Below are positions 29,806 through 42,564 of a stretch of 44,476 nucleotides of DNA, piece by piece (position 1 is the stretch's first letter; each line of letters begins with the position of its first letter). Made by a program: the position numbers and the translations under genes. The DNA comes from Atractiella rhizophila (taxonomy: Eukaryota). Where the stretch lies: NCBI GenBank assembly GCA_021432655.1, contig MU271194.1, positions 143,522 to 187,997 of the forward strand, in the 5' to 3' direction. Below the pieces are notes generated by a model, which was given only the letters and a program-made list of their open reading frames with translations, ran no database searches and had not been told where the DNA came from.

Positions 29806-31047
29806 ATGCGATTCGACTTCGACTCATCACCCACCTACGAGTTGACTCATGCCCATGATGACATTTTTGTTCTTGTCTGTAAATTAGGGCCTGACGGTGG
29901 TGATTATGTTCATCAAGTCGTGGTTCTCAAGTTTCATCCTTGTGGCTGGTTGAGAAGAACTCTGCATCTTTATGTGGATAGTAAAGGATGGGACTACTTT
30001 AGACTTTGTTTGAAAGGCTTCGAGGGAATGGTTAGATTTGATCTGACTGAAACGGGTTGGACACACCATTTCGCACAACTATCTACTTCATCGACTTCTC
30101 TCAACCTTACTACCTTACTTTTGCCGTTGCATCTCCTCTCTCCATCTTCCAATGCTTACCTCCGGAGGTTCTGGAAATCATTTATCAATTTCTGCATGAT
30201 TTCCACATATATAAAATGAGAAAATGAGAATACTGACCAGGAGAATTAAACAGAAATTCTGAAATCAAATGCGCTCCTGGTGTGTGTTAGGGCTAACACT
30301 ATGTGCGGTCGCCGATAGGCGATGCGTCTGTAGTGGAGATAAACCTAAGAGCATGATATGACATGAAGACTAACCTGTAGTGGAGATAAACCTAAGGGAA
30401 TACTCTAAGGTCACCTCCACTACTCTCTGATCTATATATACAAGTGGAATAACACTGCCACAGAGCGTAGAGGAGAGCAGATGAAACATGTAAGAGAACT
30501 AAAAAGGAAGTGACAGTGGGATTACGCGGAGTTAATAAGAGGAGGATAGGCACAATTGGGCTAAGTGGTGATGTAGGTGCAAATGGGCGAACGGGCGAAC
30601 GGGCAGTGCAAATCGGCGACGGGAGAAGCAGTGGCGACGGGCGCCGATTTGCAGGGAACGCAAATGGGCGATAGGAGACGCAATCCGGCGAACGGGCGCC
30701 GATTTGCGTAAGATGCAAACCTGACAGTGTGCAGGCGATGGACTGCTGGTATTCTACGTAGCAGACTAAAGGATCCTGATCCTGAACACAGCTACCTGAA
30801 ACTGCGAGAAATGGAAGAGTGTCCTGGCTATCGCCCAAATTGGATAGACCTTTCTTACAAGAAAATAGACTTCAACCTAGGTCTTGATTTGGTAACTGTG
30901 GTCAGTGTCTTAGAAAGACACCAATCCTTCTCCCATCTGCATTACCTCTGTTTATGGCATCCCTCGTCAAGTCGAGACCAATTACACTTGCTGCATTTTG
31001 CAAACTTGAACTGCCTCGAGCGTGTTACTTTTGATGGGTGGGAATAG
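29806..31047 (+). pseudogene. F-box gene remnant disrupted by a solo LTR and frameshifts
   Basis: IFQCLPPEVLEIIYQFLH (~30145-30200)...EILKSNALLVC|RRWTAGILRSRL is restored when the LTR and one TSD copy are removed. LRR-like FSHLHYLCLW...LNCLERVTF follows. Confidence 0.7.
30285..30726. mobile_element. Solo LTR (442 bp) with 5-bp target-site duplication GTGTG
   Basis: Starts TGTTAGG and ends CCTGACA (TG...CA, 7-bp inverted termini with 1 mismatch). GTGTG flanks both sides (30280-30284 and 30727-30731). A partial second copy is at 25619. Confidence 0.92.
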
Positions 31048-31987
31048 GATAATGTAGTTCAATTTCTCAGGCACACAGCTTCGACGCAGGCTATCAGGGC
31101 CATTTATCTATTTAACACGCTTCCATCAATCTCATTCGATCCATATAGGACAGAAGCACAGCACCTCTGGTTTTTCCTCAGCTTACCTCGTTTTTCATGA
31201 GGAAAACTCACTCCATTTTCCATAACGTAGTTTCGTTCCAATCTGGCATTCTCGACGGGATAATTGATAGTACATCTGAGGTTGTGTAGGATAGAAGAGA
31301 ACATGGTGTCTAGCAGTGCATGTTCGCCTTACCTCTACTCGCATTGTGATTCTTACAAGGAGAAGGTGATTGGTTTATATAGACAGATGCATGTTGAAAT
31401 ATCCAGATAGAGAGCTAACTAGAATTTGGCATTAATTGCAGACTGAATTACTCTGCCTTTCCCCTCTCTCTTCTCCTCTGCTTTCTGGTGATGTGTTATT
31501 TCATGGCAATGAAGGTTTTGGATCAGAGTCTGATCCTACCACAATGTATCACAGGCATCATTCTACCTCGTGATCGCCATCGATTCATACAACCTCTCCC
31601 ATCTGACAAGTACAAGAGTACTGGAAAAAGTAGCTCTCCTATATCATGGGCTAGAATAGAGGTCTGACTTCGAAAACATAGAAAGATTAGCGAAGCACTG
31701 TCGCAGTCGCGGCGTTTTGGATGGCATCAATGTGAAAGCCTCATTGAGACGTGCCCACAACGTCCCGTCCTGCAAAGCTTGCAAATTTGATGGCTGGCTG
31801 ATGAGATCATTACACAACCCTAACCCTATGTCCTTGTTCACGCATTCATTCACCTTACGCGTCGCTGCACGACTTACGACTCTTTTGCGTAGCATAAAAG
31901 CTCTTCTTCATCATTCCGTCCCCACCAACACTCAGCTACCCACATCAATACCTGGTAACGCAATTACATTCGAAGTAAATTAACGAA

Positions 31988-34900
31988 ATGGCAGACGCGG
32001 GGGATGAAATGATGTTAGATGGTGAAGAGGGAGTTGAGGATATCCTTCAAGTTGATTCTCCTAGTAAGTATCAGTTTCTCTTGTGCTGCTTTTTATATTG
32101 CTTTGACATGTACCCCTGCTAATGCATTCACAAAGTGGACCCCCCAATCGACCTCCTCTCCACTCCAGGCTCCCCTTCCGCTCCTCCACCACCACAGCAC
32201 GACGATAGCTCAACCCTTCCCCGCGAGAAGAGGCTGGAGTACTCTGATCAGCTCCCTTATGCTTGCGAGAGTTTGGAAGAGATGGATGCGAGGCTGGAGC
32301 TCATCGTTAGGAGATTGGTGGAGTGTGTAAGAGCGAGAGAGTGGGAAGTAGGATGGACGGGGTGGAACTATAGGCTTGATTGGTGCGTTTAATACTTTAT
32401 TCGCATCGCTTTTGGTCTGTTTGTGCTGTGATGCGAGAAAAAGAGAAGAGTCTCGATGTCACACGACGAGCAGGAGAGGTGTTCGTGACCATTGTCTTTT
32501 CTAACCTTCTTTTCTGAAGTGCACAAGGCTAACACTTGGTACGTTGAAACAGCTGGATGGGGATGAAATACCCTCTACCCCTTCCCCTGCGCACTCGCCT
32601 CGCCGCTCTGTACTACGAGGTCTGCGTACTACCCGGTATGGATCCCCGTTTGATTGATGGAGCAGTGAATATGTTCATCAGTCTGGTGGAGTAAGTGGCT
32701 GCCGTCTATCTCCCACGATCATTTTCATTAATGGAATATAGATCGAAGAAGCGTCTGGAACGCAAGGACCTGACGTTACCTTGGAAGCCGTTGTACGACA
32801 TCTTATCACTCGAACTTTTCCCCAAGAACCGAAAGACAGACCACACGACAATCTCCGCCTCCCTCCTCCTCCTCTGCGAACATGCACAACGTTTCTTTCC
32901 CGTCACACCCAACACAGTGAAGGAGATCCTGAGCACGTTTCTTCCCAAACTGGAAGGGAACCATCTCAACTCGCTCATCTCCACACAAGCTTTCCTCGTC
33001 CATTTCCTTCCCATGAGCGAGCGAAACGCAATCGAGTTGGTTCTTCCGGTGGTGTTTAGGTTGTGGGAGGCGTTCAATACGAGAATTTGGGACGAACAGT
33101 GGTTGGACCTTTGTGCGAGAGCTGGGGAGAGAGTGGCGAAGAATGAGGCGGAGGAGAGTGGAAGGTGGAGGAGTGGGAGAAGTTGAGAGAGGAATATGGT
33201 GTTAAGAGGGAAGGGAAGGATGGGGAAGGCTGGAAGGATGTTGGGATCTTCAGTGAGGAACAGTGGGAATTTATTTGTACGAAGTTATTGAGAGGGATGG
33301 GTGTGCCGATTGGGACCGGGCGGGTGCGTAATTCTTTTATGTCCTCTCTCTCTCTGTATCTTGCTTTCGCGGTCCAATCGCCATCTAACACCACCTTGTT
33401 TGTAGGGCAACATAGTCAACGTCGCCACCAATGATCATTTCTCCGACCAGAAGGCAAATGGTACCTCTCTTCTCATGAAGAAACCAACCGACAAGATACA
33501 ATCCTTCTCGACCATCCTCGTCTACTCCATGTCAGTCGACTCCGTCGCTGCATCCGCATCGATCGAGAAGGGAGTTCTCACGCCTGCCACTGGAGTGGGC
33601 ACACCGAGGCTGTCGAGAACGAACACCAGCAGTGCTGGAACAGCGACGAATGGTGGTGTGGGAGGCAATTTGTTGGTTGCTGCACTGGCTGGGAGCGGGA
33701 AGGAAAAAAGACAGGAAGAAGCCGAAGAAGTCTTATGTTGGCGGATCGCGCGCTCTCGATTCTCTAAATAAGCTCGTGCAGGCGCTAGAGTCCTTTTATC
33801 ATCCTAGCAATTATGGGGATTGGACAAGAACCTTAACTAGGTTCTTACAGATGGTGACGAGCACTTTCTATAGGAGGTGGATGGAAGAGCAACGTCCTAA
33901 GTGTAAGACGCCTACAGGGAGGAGGATAACAAAGGAGATCAAGAGGGAATTTGTCCTCACGATGAGAACGGTTGCCCTGCTGAGCATGTTCTCCAAGGTT
34001 TGTGTTCCACATTTTATCTTCTGCACCTTTCTCTATTCCGCTACGAAAAAGAGTACTTGCTGAAGACTCTGGGATTTAAGGACGGACTTTCCTCGCTCGC
34101 TGGTATGGCGGCATTGAAGAATATGGCTCTTCTGGAACCAGATCTTATCTTTCCTGCCATCCTCGAACGTGCATATCCTGCGCCTGGAGAATTTAGTAGA
34201 GACAAATCGAACGTCGGCTTGTCTCACAGCTCTCGCTAGCGTCTCCCAACTCTTGTTTCCCGAGAAGCGTACCCAGCCGGCGCGAAGCATATCGTTCCCC
34301 TCCTTGAGCTTTGCATTCCTGGATTGGATGTCAACGACCCCAATAAGACGGTCCAGACATGCATGTTCATCCTGCAGGCATGTGGGCACGATGAAGATTG
34401 AGGATCTTACACGTTTGGAAGGTGAAGGAGAGAGCGGGAATGTGATGATCGATGGTGGTGGTTCTGGTGGAGTGGGTATCATGGACGGTGTGGAAGAAGG
34501 GATGAGCACACCTGCTCTCACCGTAAATGGGGATGTAGGAGAGGTGCACCTTACGAAGGCACAGGAAAATGCAGCGGTTCGAGTCTCTACAGCTGGATTT
34601 CCAGAATGGGTCGACAAGTTCGTCAGACAATGCCTAAACTTGGTGTCGAATTCCTGAACCGGGACGGTTCAGCAGGTTAGGAGGAAAGAGCGAAGAGAAG
34701 ATGATACACACAATGATTGCTGCGATGGATGCAGTCTGCAATCACCTCAGTCCAGAGCTCTTTGACCTCGCCCTGGACATATTCTATGAGCATGTAAGGC
34801 CTCTCCTTATTCTCTCCACCTTGTCTCCTTTTGAAACGGTGAGCTGACGCATGTTGAGGCAGTGCGCGACATCTGTACGCTCTAACTCTGCGAAAGCTGT

Positions 34901-37900
34901 GGGAGACTTCGTCACTTGTTTTGCTCGAGCCTCCCCAGAGAAGACCCTGGCCAGATTCTTGCCTCTATGCATGAGGAAGATCAAGGAAGAGCTGGAACAT
35001 GTAAGTCTCATCTTGCGCCACCTAGCAATCAGTTAAAGAACGCATAGGGTGCTGCTTCCACAAGAACGACTTCACCCAACTCTGTGCTCGATTCCGATGT
35101 CACACTTTCCTACTACTCGGGTCTAATGGTCGGATCTATTCATCATGGCGGAGTGCACGTAGGTCCTGCACACATTGGAAAGGTCATCACATTGATCCAC
35201 AGGGATAGATGCTTAAATACAAGCAAGACATTTTCAACCTTCTGAGACTCACCGTGGAGAAGTCCATGACGGAGAGGGCCTTTTCTTACAACGGACGGTT
35301 CATTTCAAATCTCATAATCGCTTGGACTCATATTTGGCCACACGATTATCGTTTCGTCAACAGTGAAGAATGGAATTCGTCACGTAGGTCTTTCTTCTTT
35401 GTGGGAGACGCAAGCTAAATTGACGTGGAAGATTTTGCAAAGAAGCATCATGAAATGTGGGGGAAGACATATAAAAGTGCAGGACGTCAAGGTGCGTGAC
35501 TGTATCGTTGCTCGGTTTGTTGAATAACCCTCAGTTCGCAGATCGAGTGGCACGTCGCCAGTCAAGACGAGATCAATGCTGTCATCGATTTGTTCAAAAC
35601 CATCATTGAACCAGCCCTGAAGAACCTGGAAGACTTGCTACGCAGGGAAAACAGTCTCGCTAAAGATGACTTCAAGGNNNNNNNNNNNNNNNNNNNNCTC
35701 GCTAAAGATGACTTCAAGGTCTTCGCTAACGATTTCTGTCGATATTTGACCATTGTGAAGAATGCTTTCCAAGCGTCTAGTGACCTGGTAGATTTGGGAC
35801 TCCCAAAGAAACTTGGGAAAGATGTAACAGACATGTGGTTAGTCCTACTGCTGGGCATTTACCCTTCTGATGGCGAATTGAACAGGTTGCAAGAACCAGA
35901 GTTCGTGGAACGCGTCCCAGCTTTTGCGTGCGGAATTAACATCACTGATCCTTCCGATCCGAGACACACATATATGCTCAAGCTACGAGAACGATATGGC
36001 GAGACGTTGCACAATGCTATAGATGCCTTCAAATCTCACGGCGTTGAGGATTCCATTGACTGTGTTCGACTTCTTATTTCCTCCATCAAATCGATCCTTA
36101 TCGACTATCCTTGCGATCGGAGCACGTATGGGCACATGCAACGTTATTTCGACTTCACGAAGAACTTGTGCAAGAATTGGAAGGGGCAGCAACTCTACCC
36201 AAGGGCCGTTTGGAGTGCGCTCTTTCTTACTACATACGCAACCACCTGAAGCTATTATAGTCCGCCGAGCACTTTACTACCACTCAGCAAGGCAACGTAT
36301 CTATTCCCTGGCGCGTCCTCGCTCGCAGCTTGAAGACCAGCTCATCTTGGATCTCGGGGAACTGTCTCTCAGTCCGTACCTGAAGGTTCGGCTGTCAAGC
36401 CAGCGCGCTTTAGATTCGGTCACTATTTATTACGATGGCTCTCGAGCACTCCTTTATGACACATTGTTTGACGCCTTGAAGCCGGGGAATGATCACGACC
36501 GAATGAAAGGCGCTTTATATGTCCTTGGATCGAAGCTGTTCTGCAATTTAGGTATGTCAACATTGCATAAAATGTTAGCGGGAATATGCTAATCCCCAGA
36601 TCTCAGGCATAGTTGATTGGCGTTTCGCCCCAAAATACATCATGTCGCTTCTCGGATGTCATCATCAGGAACGCCCAAGCGTCCAAAGTCTCGCGAAGGG
36701 GATCATCCACGATTTTATTATTCGGTTGGGCGAACCATCCTCGTTGAGAAGCTCTGTCTCCAGCTCAGGAGTACAGACTGCTGCAAACGAACTTGAGAAG
36801 CATAGTCGATATGTGGAGGACAAGGGGTTAATTGAACGAATTAGTGGCACAAGGGCAAAGCGCGTTGAGCACAGGGATCAAGCATATCTTGACTTGGTAG
36901 CTTCTGATCATCTCAAACCTGACACCTGTTGATTCTGCTGATAGATCCCAGAATTGTTAAAATTTGCACAAGAGCCTGGACGACACTGGCGGTACCGACT
37001 TGCTGCCATCCGCTTCATTCGAACATTGATTCGGAGGGATATGGTTTCGTGCCTTTCTCTTCAATTGCCCACCTCTTTGACCAATCCCCATAGCCCTTGA
37101 ATCCTGGCACTGCTGCGTTCATGGTAAACCAGATGGTCTCTGACATCCCGACGATACGCGCTCATTCCCTTGCGGCGTGAGTTCTGGCTCCTTACTGTTC
37201 TTCAAATTATACTCATCAGTGCGGGATAAGTGTTACGAAGATGCTGCACTTCCTGAAGCTTCGCTCATGTGAATTCCTTCTATTCGTATTCGATGCGAAG
37301 TGCCTGACGGAGATACAGATGCAAGCGGTTCCAGTGAACTGTTACTCCTGCAGAAGACACGAAATCCTCTCAAGCGACGCGTTCATCTCGATGTACCTGT
37401 CCCCGACGATTTCACGGACAAGTTCATTAGAAGCTTGAAAGAACCCATTACAAGTGGATCGAAGGAAGAGACGTGCGTGATCCCCCATAATTAGTGCCGT
37501 TGTTGACTTTGCGTGTAGCCACTTAATGGACAAGACCGTTATTGGCTGGTTGGTATGGGGGAGTGAAGTCGAATTCTATGCTGCACCACCAGACGGTGCT
37601 CCTCTCCCCACATGGGACAGCACGTCACAAGCTGCAACAGAAGAGCTTAGGAAAGTCATCCACAGCCAGAAGTGGTGGGATGATTTCTCCGCCATCCTTG
37701 CGCAGGAGCATACCCGCGATTACTTAGGGTATTTTACGTTAGATTCTCAAACATACGTTGATGAACTCAATTAGGAACGACAACGCGACTGTCATCAAGT
37801 CAATGTAAGTATTACAAGTACGTTCGCTTTTGCTCATGTTGCCTTCAGATTCCAAATCTTTCAAGATGCTCCATTGGAGTTCCTCTTCCCTGTTCTGGAG

Positions 37901-39771
37901 AAGTTCATCGAGGAAGAAGATCGACACAAGCAACGCGCAGCTGGAGAGCTGCTCGGTGGTAAGCATTCACGAACTCAACTCGTTGAGATTAGTCCAATGT
38001 TTTCCTAGGATTGCTCAGGGGAAGCAAGCATTGGCCGAAGGAGCGCTTGCAACGAATCTGGAACTGGCTAACACCTCGGCTGTCCAAAATTTACGACAAA
38101 GTCACACCAGATACCCAAGTGTGTCTTACGCTACCTATACCCCTTTCATCTCACAATCTTTTAGAATTCATGGGAAATGTTCTACGACTACGTCCTGTAT
38201 AAGAGGGATCCTCGGCGCAATCTTCCTCTCATTGAATACGTCACGAGCTTAAGAATTGACCCTGACTCCTCGCATGCCTTTAGTCAAGCCAAGGCACAGT
38301 ATCTTGTTGGTTCAGTCATGAAGTCGCTATCATGGCACTTCCTGCCTTGGTCAGAGAGCTACATTGCCGAGTATTGGGACGCCCTTGACAATCCCTTTTC
38401 AGAAGTCCGAAACGGTCGGTTCTCTCTTCCTTGATGTGTAGCCATGACATCACTTAATTGGACTCACAGCGGTCGCTGACAACCTCAAGTATCTATCCGA
38501 GACTCGCCTTCATCCCTCTTACACATCTATCCCCTCTCTTGTCCGAGATTGTCACAATTCAACAACTGGACTCCTTCTCATTGGGCAAGACAATGCGCTT
38601 GAAGAGAAGTTTGACCAACTCACTGAAATGCTCAAACAATGGCGCCGCGTGCGAAAGCCTTCAAATACAGGCTCGCAGAGGTATGACAATGGGGCGATGA
38701 CTATTCTGAACTGGCTCTTCCAAGGACTGCACGACTTCAGATTTGCAATCTTACTACCTTACGTCCTGAAACTGCTACCGGAGCTGTTCAGGATGCAAGA
38801 AATCTTAGACAATGATGTTGGTTTCCTATCTACTATCAGTTGCTGCCGCGTCTGAACGTGGTATAGGAGCTAGTATCGATGGCCGGAAATGTGTTGGGAT
38901 CAATTTCTACGTAGGGTCTCTGTTGATTCCCCCCATCGTCCTAACTTTTCACCAGGCTCGAATTCCCCCAGCATGTCGTTCGGCCGTTGTTTAAACAACT
39001 GCTAGAAATCATCGCGACCTCAGACTCATGGCGAGTAAAGCAGGAAGTTTTAGCCACGCTACAAGGCAGGTAGCGTACCCTTTTTCGGTAACTTTTACTT
39101 ATTTCTTTTCAGCTTTGTACTTCCACAACTTGTTCCTCATAGACGACACTTCAGTCCAAGAGATCATGGATCTGCTATGGGAGCTGTTGAGGGATCCTAA
39201 AGTCCGTTCTCCTGTTTAAATAGTAGCGATTGATTCAGACTGTGCGGTAGATTGAGGTACGGGAGGCTGCAGCAACGTCCCTATCTGGGATCGTCCGTTG
39301 TTCCCAACGCCAGGCAATCCTCATGCTTCGGGAGCGATTCATGGCGATTGTGAAGAAAGTGAAGCTTCCTGCTCGGCGGACAGCGCCGGGATATCAGGAC
39401 CTGTTCATCATGGCCCACTCTGGAGTGCTCGGTTGTGCTGCACTTATTGATGCCTTCCCGTGTGTCTCCCCTTTACTTTAACTTTACTGAGCTAATGGAG
39501 TGGTATCGTGAAGGTATGAGGTGCCTCCGTGGATGCCAGATACGTTGATCTCTATGGGAGAGTTTGTAAGTGCGCCAGCACCGATTTCGACAACTGTGAA
39601 ACGCTGCCTAGCTGCTTTCAAGGTATGTCGTTCATCAAGCCAACATAGTCGTCTCACTTTCATCATTAGAAATCGCATCAAGACAGTTGGCAGGAGGATC
39701 AGAAAGCCTTCACTGAAGAGCAATCGATGTCCTTGAGAGATTTATTGGTTGGGGGAACCTTCTACGCATGA
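31988..39771 (+). CDS. BLM10: Proteasome activator Blm10/PA200 (PSME4); multi-exon; several apparent 1-bp indels at ~33160-34700
   Basis: LPYACESLEEM, WMGMKYPLP, DLTLPWKPLY, YVGGSRALDSL, ESFYHPSNYGDW, LEPDLIFPAILERAYP, PGLDVNDP, DHDRMKGALY, EVREAAATSLSGIVRCSQR, HSGVLGCAALIDAFPYEVPPWMP and a C-terminal GGTFYA* (HbYX proteasome-docking motif). Stop at 39769-39771. Confidence 0.95.
32421..32526 (+). ncRNA. Candidate intronic box C/D snoRNA in BLM10 intron 32383-32552
   Basis: The intron is unusually long (170 nt). A terminal stem TTGTGC/GCACAA encloses a C-like box GTGATGC (32428-32434) and a D box CTGA (32514-32517), just upstream of the branch site GCTAAC. Confidence 0.5.
35678..35697. other. 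Assembly gap (20 N) with duplicated 22-bp flanks
   Basis: CTCGCTAAAGATGACTTCAAGG occurs on both sides (35656-35677 and 35698-35719), consistent with overlapping contig ends. Confidence 0.9.
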
Positions 39772-40028
39772 ACTCGTCAGTTTCAATTGAGAGAATACAA
39801 GCCTCTCTCTCATGAGTGTGGATAACTGCTGTTAGCAAAGCAATTTGCATGTTTTTATCATTCATTGGAACTGAGTGCTTAGGTTATACGTACCATATAT
39901 CATCGAACTGTGTATCCTTGCAATTCATTCAATCGAGATATTTTATTGAATCCACGGTAGAGCGCTGTAATCCAGTACGGTACGTGGGACAAAGAAGTCT
40001 AGCAACATGAGAGTTTATCTTTTGCCGC

Positions 40029-41311
40029 TCAAAAGTCCATCATTCCTCTCCCCCAGCTCCCTTCGCTTCCAAGCTTGTCCGCCTCGCTCCCCTTAGGCCA
40101 CTTCCACATCCATCCGTATATGTGTTTCATGTCTCTCTGCCACTCTCCAAAGTAACCAAACCGTTTCGACTCCTCTTCCTCGTCAGGCTCTCCCCACCAC
40201 TTCTCTCCTCCCCCGTCCTCCTCCTCCAGCCAATGAATCGCCGACACTAATGAAGGAAACGGCGGAAGCCAGAAGCTGTATCCAAGGCTGTTGAGGACGG
40301 CCACAAAGGATTGTTTATCGCCTCCTTGTGTCCTGAATCGAGTGTCGAAGGGAGGATGCAACGCGAGAGGTAGGAGGAGGTAAGGCTCGGACTGCGGGGC
40401 GTAGATTACCTCGATTTCTTCATCTTGCGAAGGTGATAAATCTAAGGCCAAAAATCGATGGTATAACCCGTGTCCTGCATTACGATCCGTGGGCACCAGG
40501 GATCCACTGGAGTTGCGAAAGACAGGTACGATGTATCCTTTCTTTTGCTCTTGCGCCGACCTGGAGGTCAGAAAGGAGAGAACTGTGTTGTAAGCGCTGG
40601 AGGCATTAAAGCTGGGAAGAAAAGAGAAGTCGACGTCCATCATTAATATCCACATCTTGCCAGGGAGATGGAGGCGGAGGGAACGTCCGAAAGAGAGCGA
40701 GATATTCCGCATCCAGTTGATCGGATATCCTCTTTTCTGATTGGCATTGTTGTAAATAACCCAAGATATCCCTTCCCTAGAAGGGAACGAAGCCAGAAAC
40801 GCGTGCAGCTGCTCCACTTCCCATGTTAAACCTTGAATGTAGATTGCTACGATTGCAGGTCCTTCCCATGAGGAGAGCAGCGCGGAAAGTTGACGAAGGC
40901 GAGATATGGAAAGATGGGTGAGTAGCATCACTTCCACATCGTCTGCTGTTGCTCCTGCTTGGCTTTTTTCCACAGGAAACAGATGGGACCAGTAGTAAAT
41001 AGATGACTTTTCGGAATCTAATGCAAAGAGATTAGTTCCTTCCTTGTGCCTCGAAGGAAGAGCAAACCGTGCCACTGCGCTCTCCAACCAGCGAAGGCGT
41101 TTACAAGATCTGTCTCTGTACCCTCAGGCGAGACATAGATGTGGTCTTTGGTTGATGAGTAGTGCTCAGGAGAAGCAAGCAGCCGGACCCCATTAAGAGG
41201 CGAGGAAGAAAAGCAGGAATCCTCAGAGAATTGAGGAAAGTAGTTTCCAACGAGCCTAGCTGCCCCGGACGCGAAAATGAGAAGAGAGGTGGTGAAGCGA
41301 AGTCGGAACAT
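40029..41311 (-). CDS. Glycosyltransferase family 49 (LARGE/B4GAT1-like) protein; 5' end uncertain or frameshifted
   Basis: LLTHLSISRL...WEGPAIVAIY, YPINWMRNISL, ILMMDVDF (DxD), EPYLLL and PPFDTRFRTQGGDKQS. The catalytic ORF 40029-41087 is intronless but lacks an in-frame ATG; the nearest upstream ATG frame (41311) is offset. Confidence 0.8.
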
Positions 41312-42564
41312 GACGCAAGCAGGGATCCCTAAAGGAAAGGTGGTTCAATTTTTACACACTATGCCTAAGTATACATCAGAATCTTTTGCAATAAAGAAGA
41401 ACAGAGGAAGCATAAAAGCACTTCGAGGCGAAATCAAAAGGAGCCGTAAGGGTCGCATTACTATATAGCTGGATAACCATAATGCATTCCTTTGAGGAGA
41501 TTCAAGCAGATTCTTGTTGACCACAAATCTAGGCGAAGTTGATGGAACAGCTTCATAAGCTTATGAATCCCCAGAAACTGGAAATGAGATAGCATGGAAG
41601 CTCGCCAAGCGTAGGCTCGTGGACTGGGAGACGCGAGACGCAGACACTCACAGATATCCATACTTCCCGAACATATCCGAGCAACGACAGCTCCCTTGCG
41701 CAATCCTTCAAGTTTCAATGGCTCTATGTCAAACTTTATTGTCATCTCGCTCGAAACGCTGAGGCTCGAATGAGCTTGATGTCTGCTGGACGTGATGTTG
41801 GAATAGTGTAGATGTCAATGGGAATCATTCTGATCTTAACCCTCATTACTAAGGAGGAGTGGTGCAAGAGGCTATTATGCATCGCCTCAGAGAAGTGAGT
41901 TCCCAGTTCTTTGATTTACTAGCTAGACCGACTTGGTTGTGCCCTCTCCAACGCGAACTTCGCGACTTTGTGCTTGTTCGTTGGCGGTAAGTGACCCTTG
42001 AAATGGGGTACATTTCTCCCTGCAGTTTTCAAGTTGTGTTACGATTCCTCCAGGAATATCGAATTCAGCTTTTATTGCGTTCGCAACACAATATTCGCAC
42101 GCAACGTAATGCAATTATTTGCTAAACATCGAGGAGGAAAATGTATCTTTAAGATTTTCGGGTTGAGCGGCTCTTCTCTTGGTAGACTTCCTACCACCTA
42201 TTCTATTAATACCAACCTGAAAATCTTCTGGTACTCACCTGACTGCTGAGCAACCCCTGACAAATGTAGATTATTGGGCCAGCGGAATTCCAGTGGCAGA
42301 GTGATCTCCTTTGTCATGTCCAAGAAATGCACCAAGACCATTGTTCGTGAATGTGAAGCTCAGGGGGTGATTTTCTGTTGGTATCAGCGACGATGGCGCT
42401 GCTCCACCATGCAGGAGCAAAGGATTTTCTTTGGTATCTGCTTGATGTTGCTCCTGCAGGAAGCTGAGAAGCTGGCTGGCCAGCATACTCTAAAGTTATA
42501 AAAGCAGAACTTTCTCCTTGCAAGCTGTATTCAACCTCCTCTTTTCTCAACTAGCTCCTGAACC

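Noticed and set aside
33150..34700. BLM10 pseudogenisation or programmed frameshifting
   Set aside because: The indels cluster in one stretch near an assembly gap while the protein sequence, splice sites and C-terminal FYA motif remain conserved. Low-quality consensus is the simpler explanation.
35656..35719. Internal LAKDDFK repeat in Blm10
   Set aside because: An identical 22-mer on both sides of an N run indicates overlapping contig ends.
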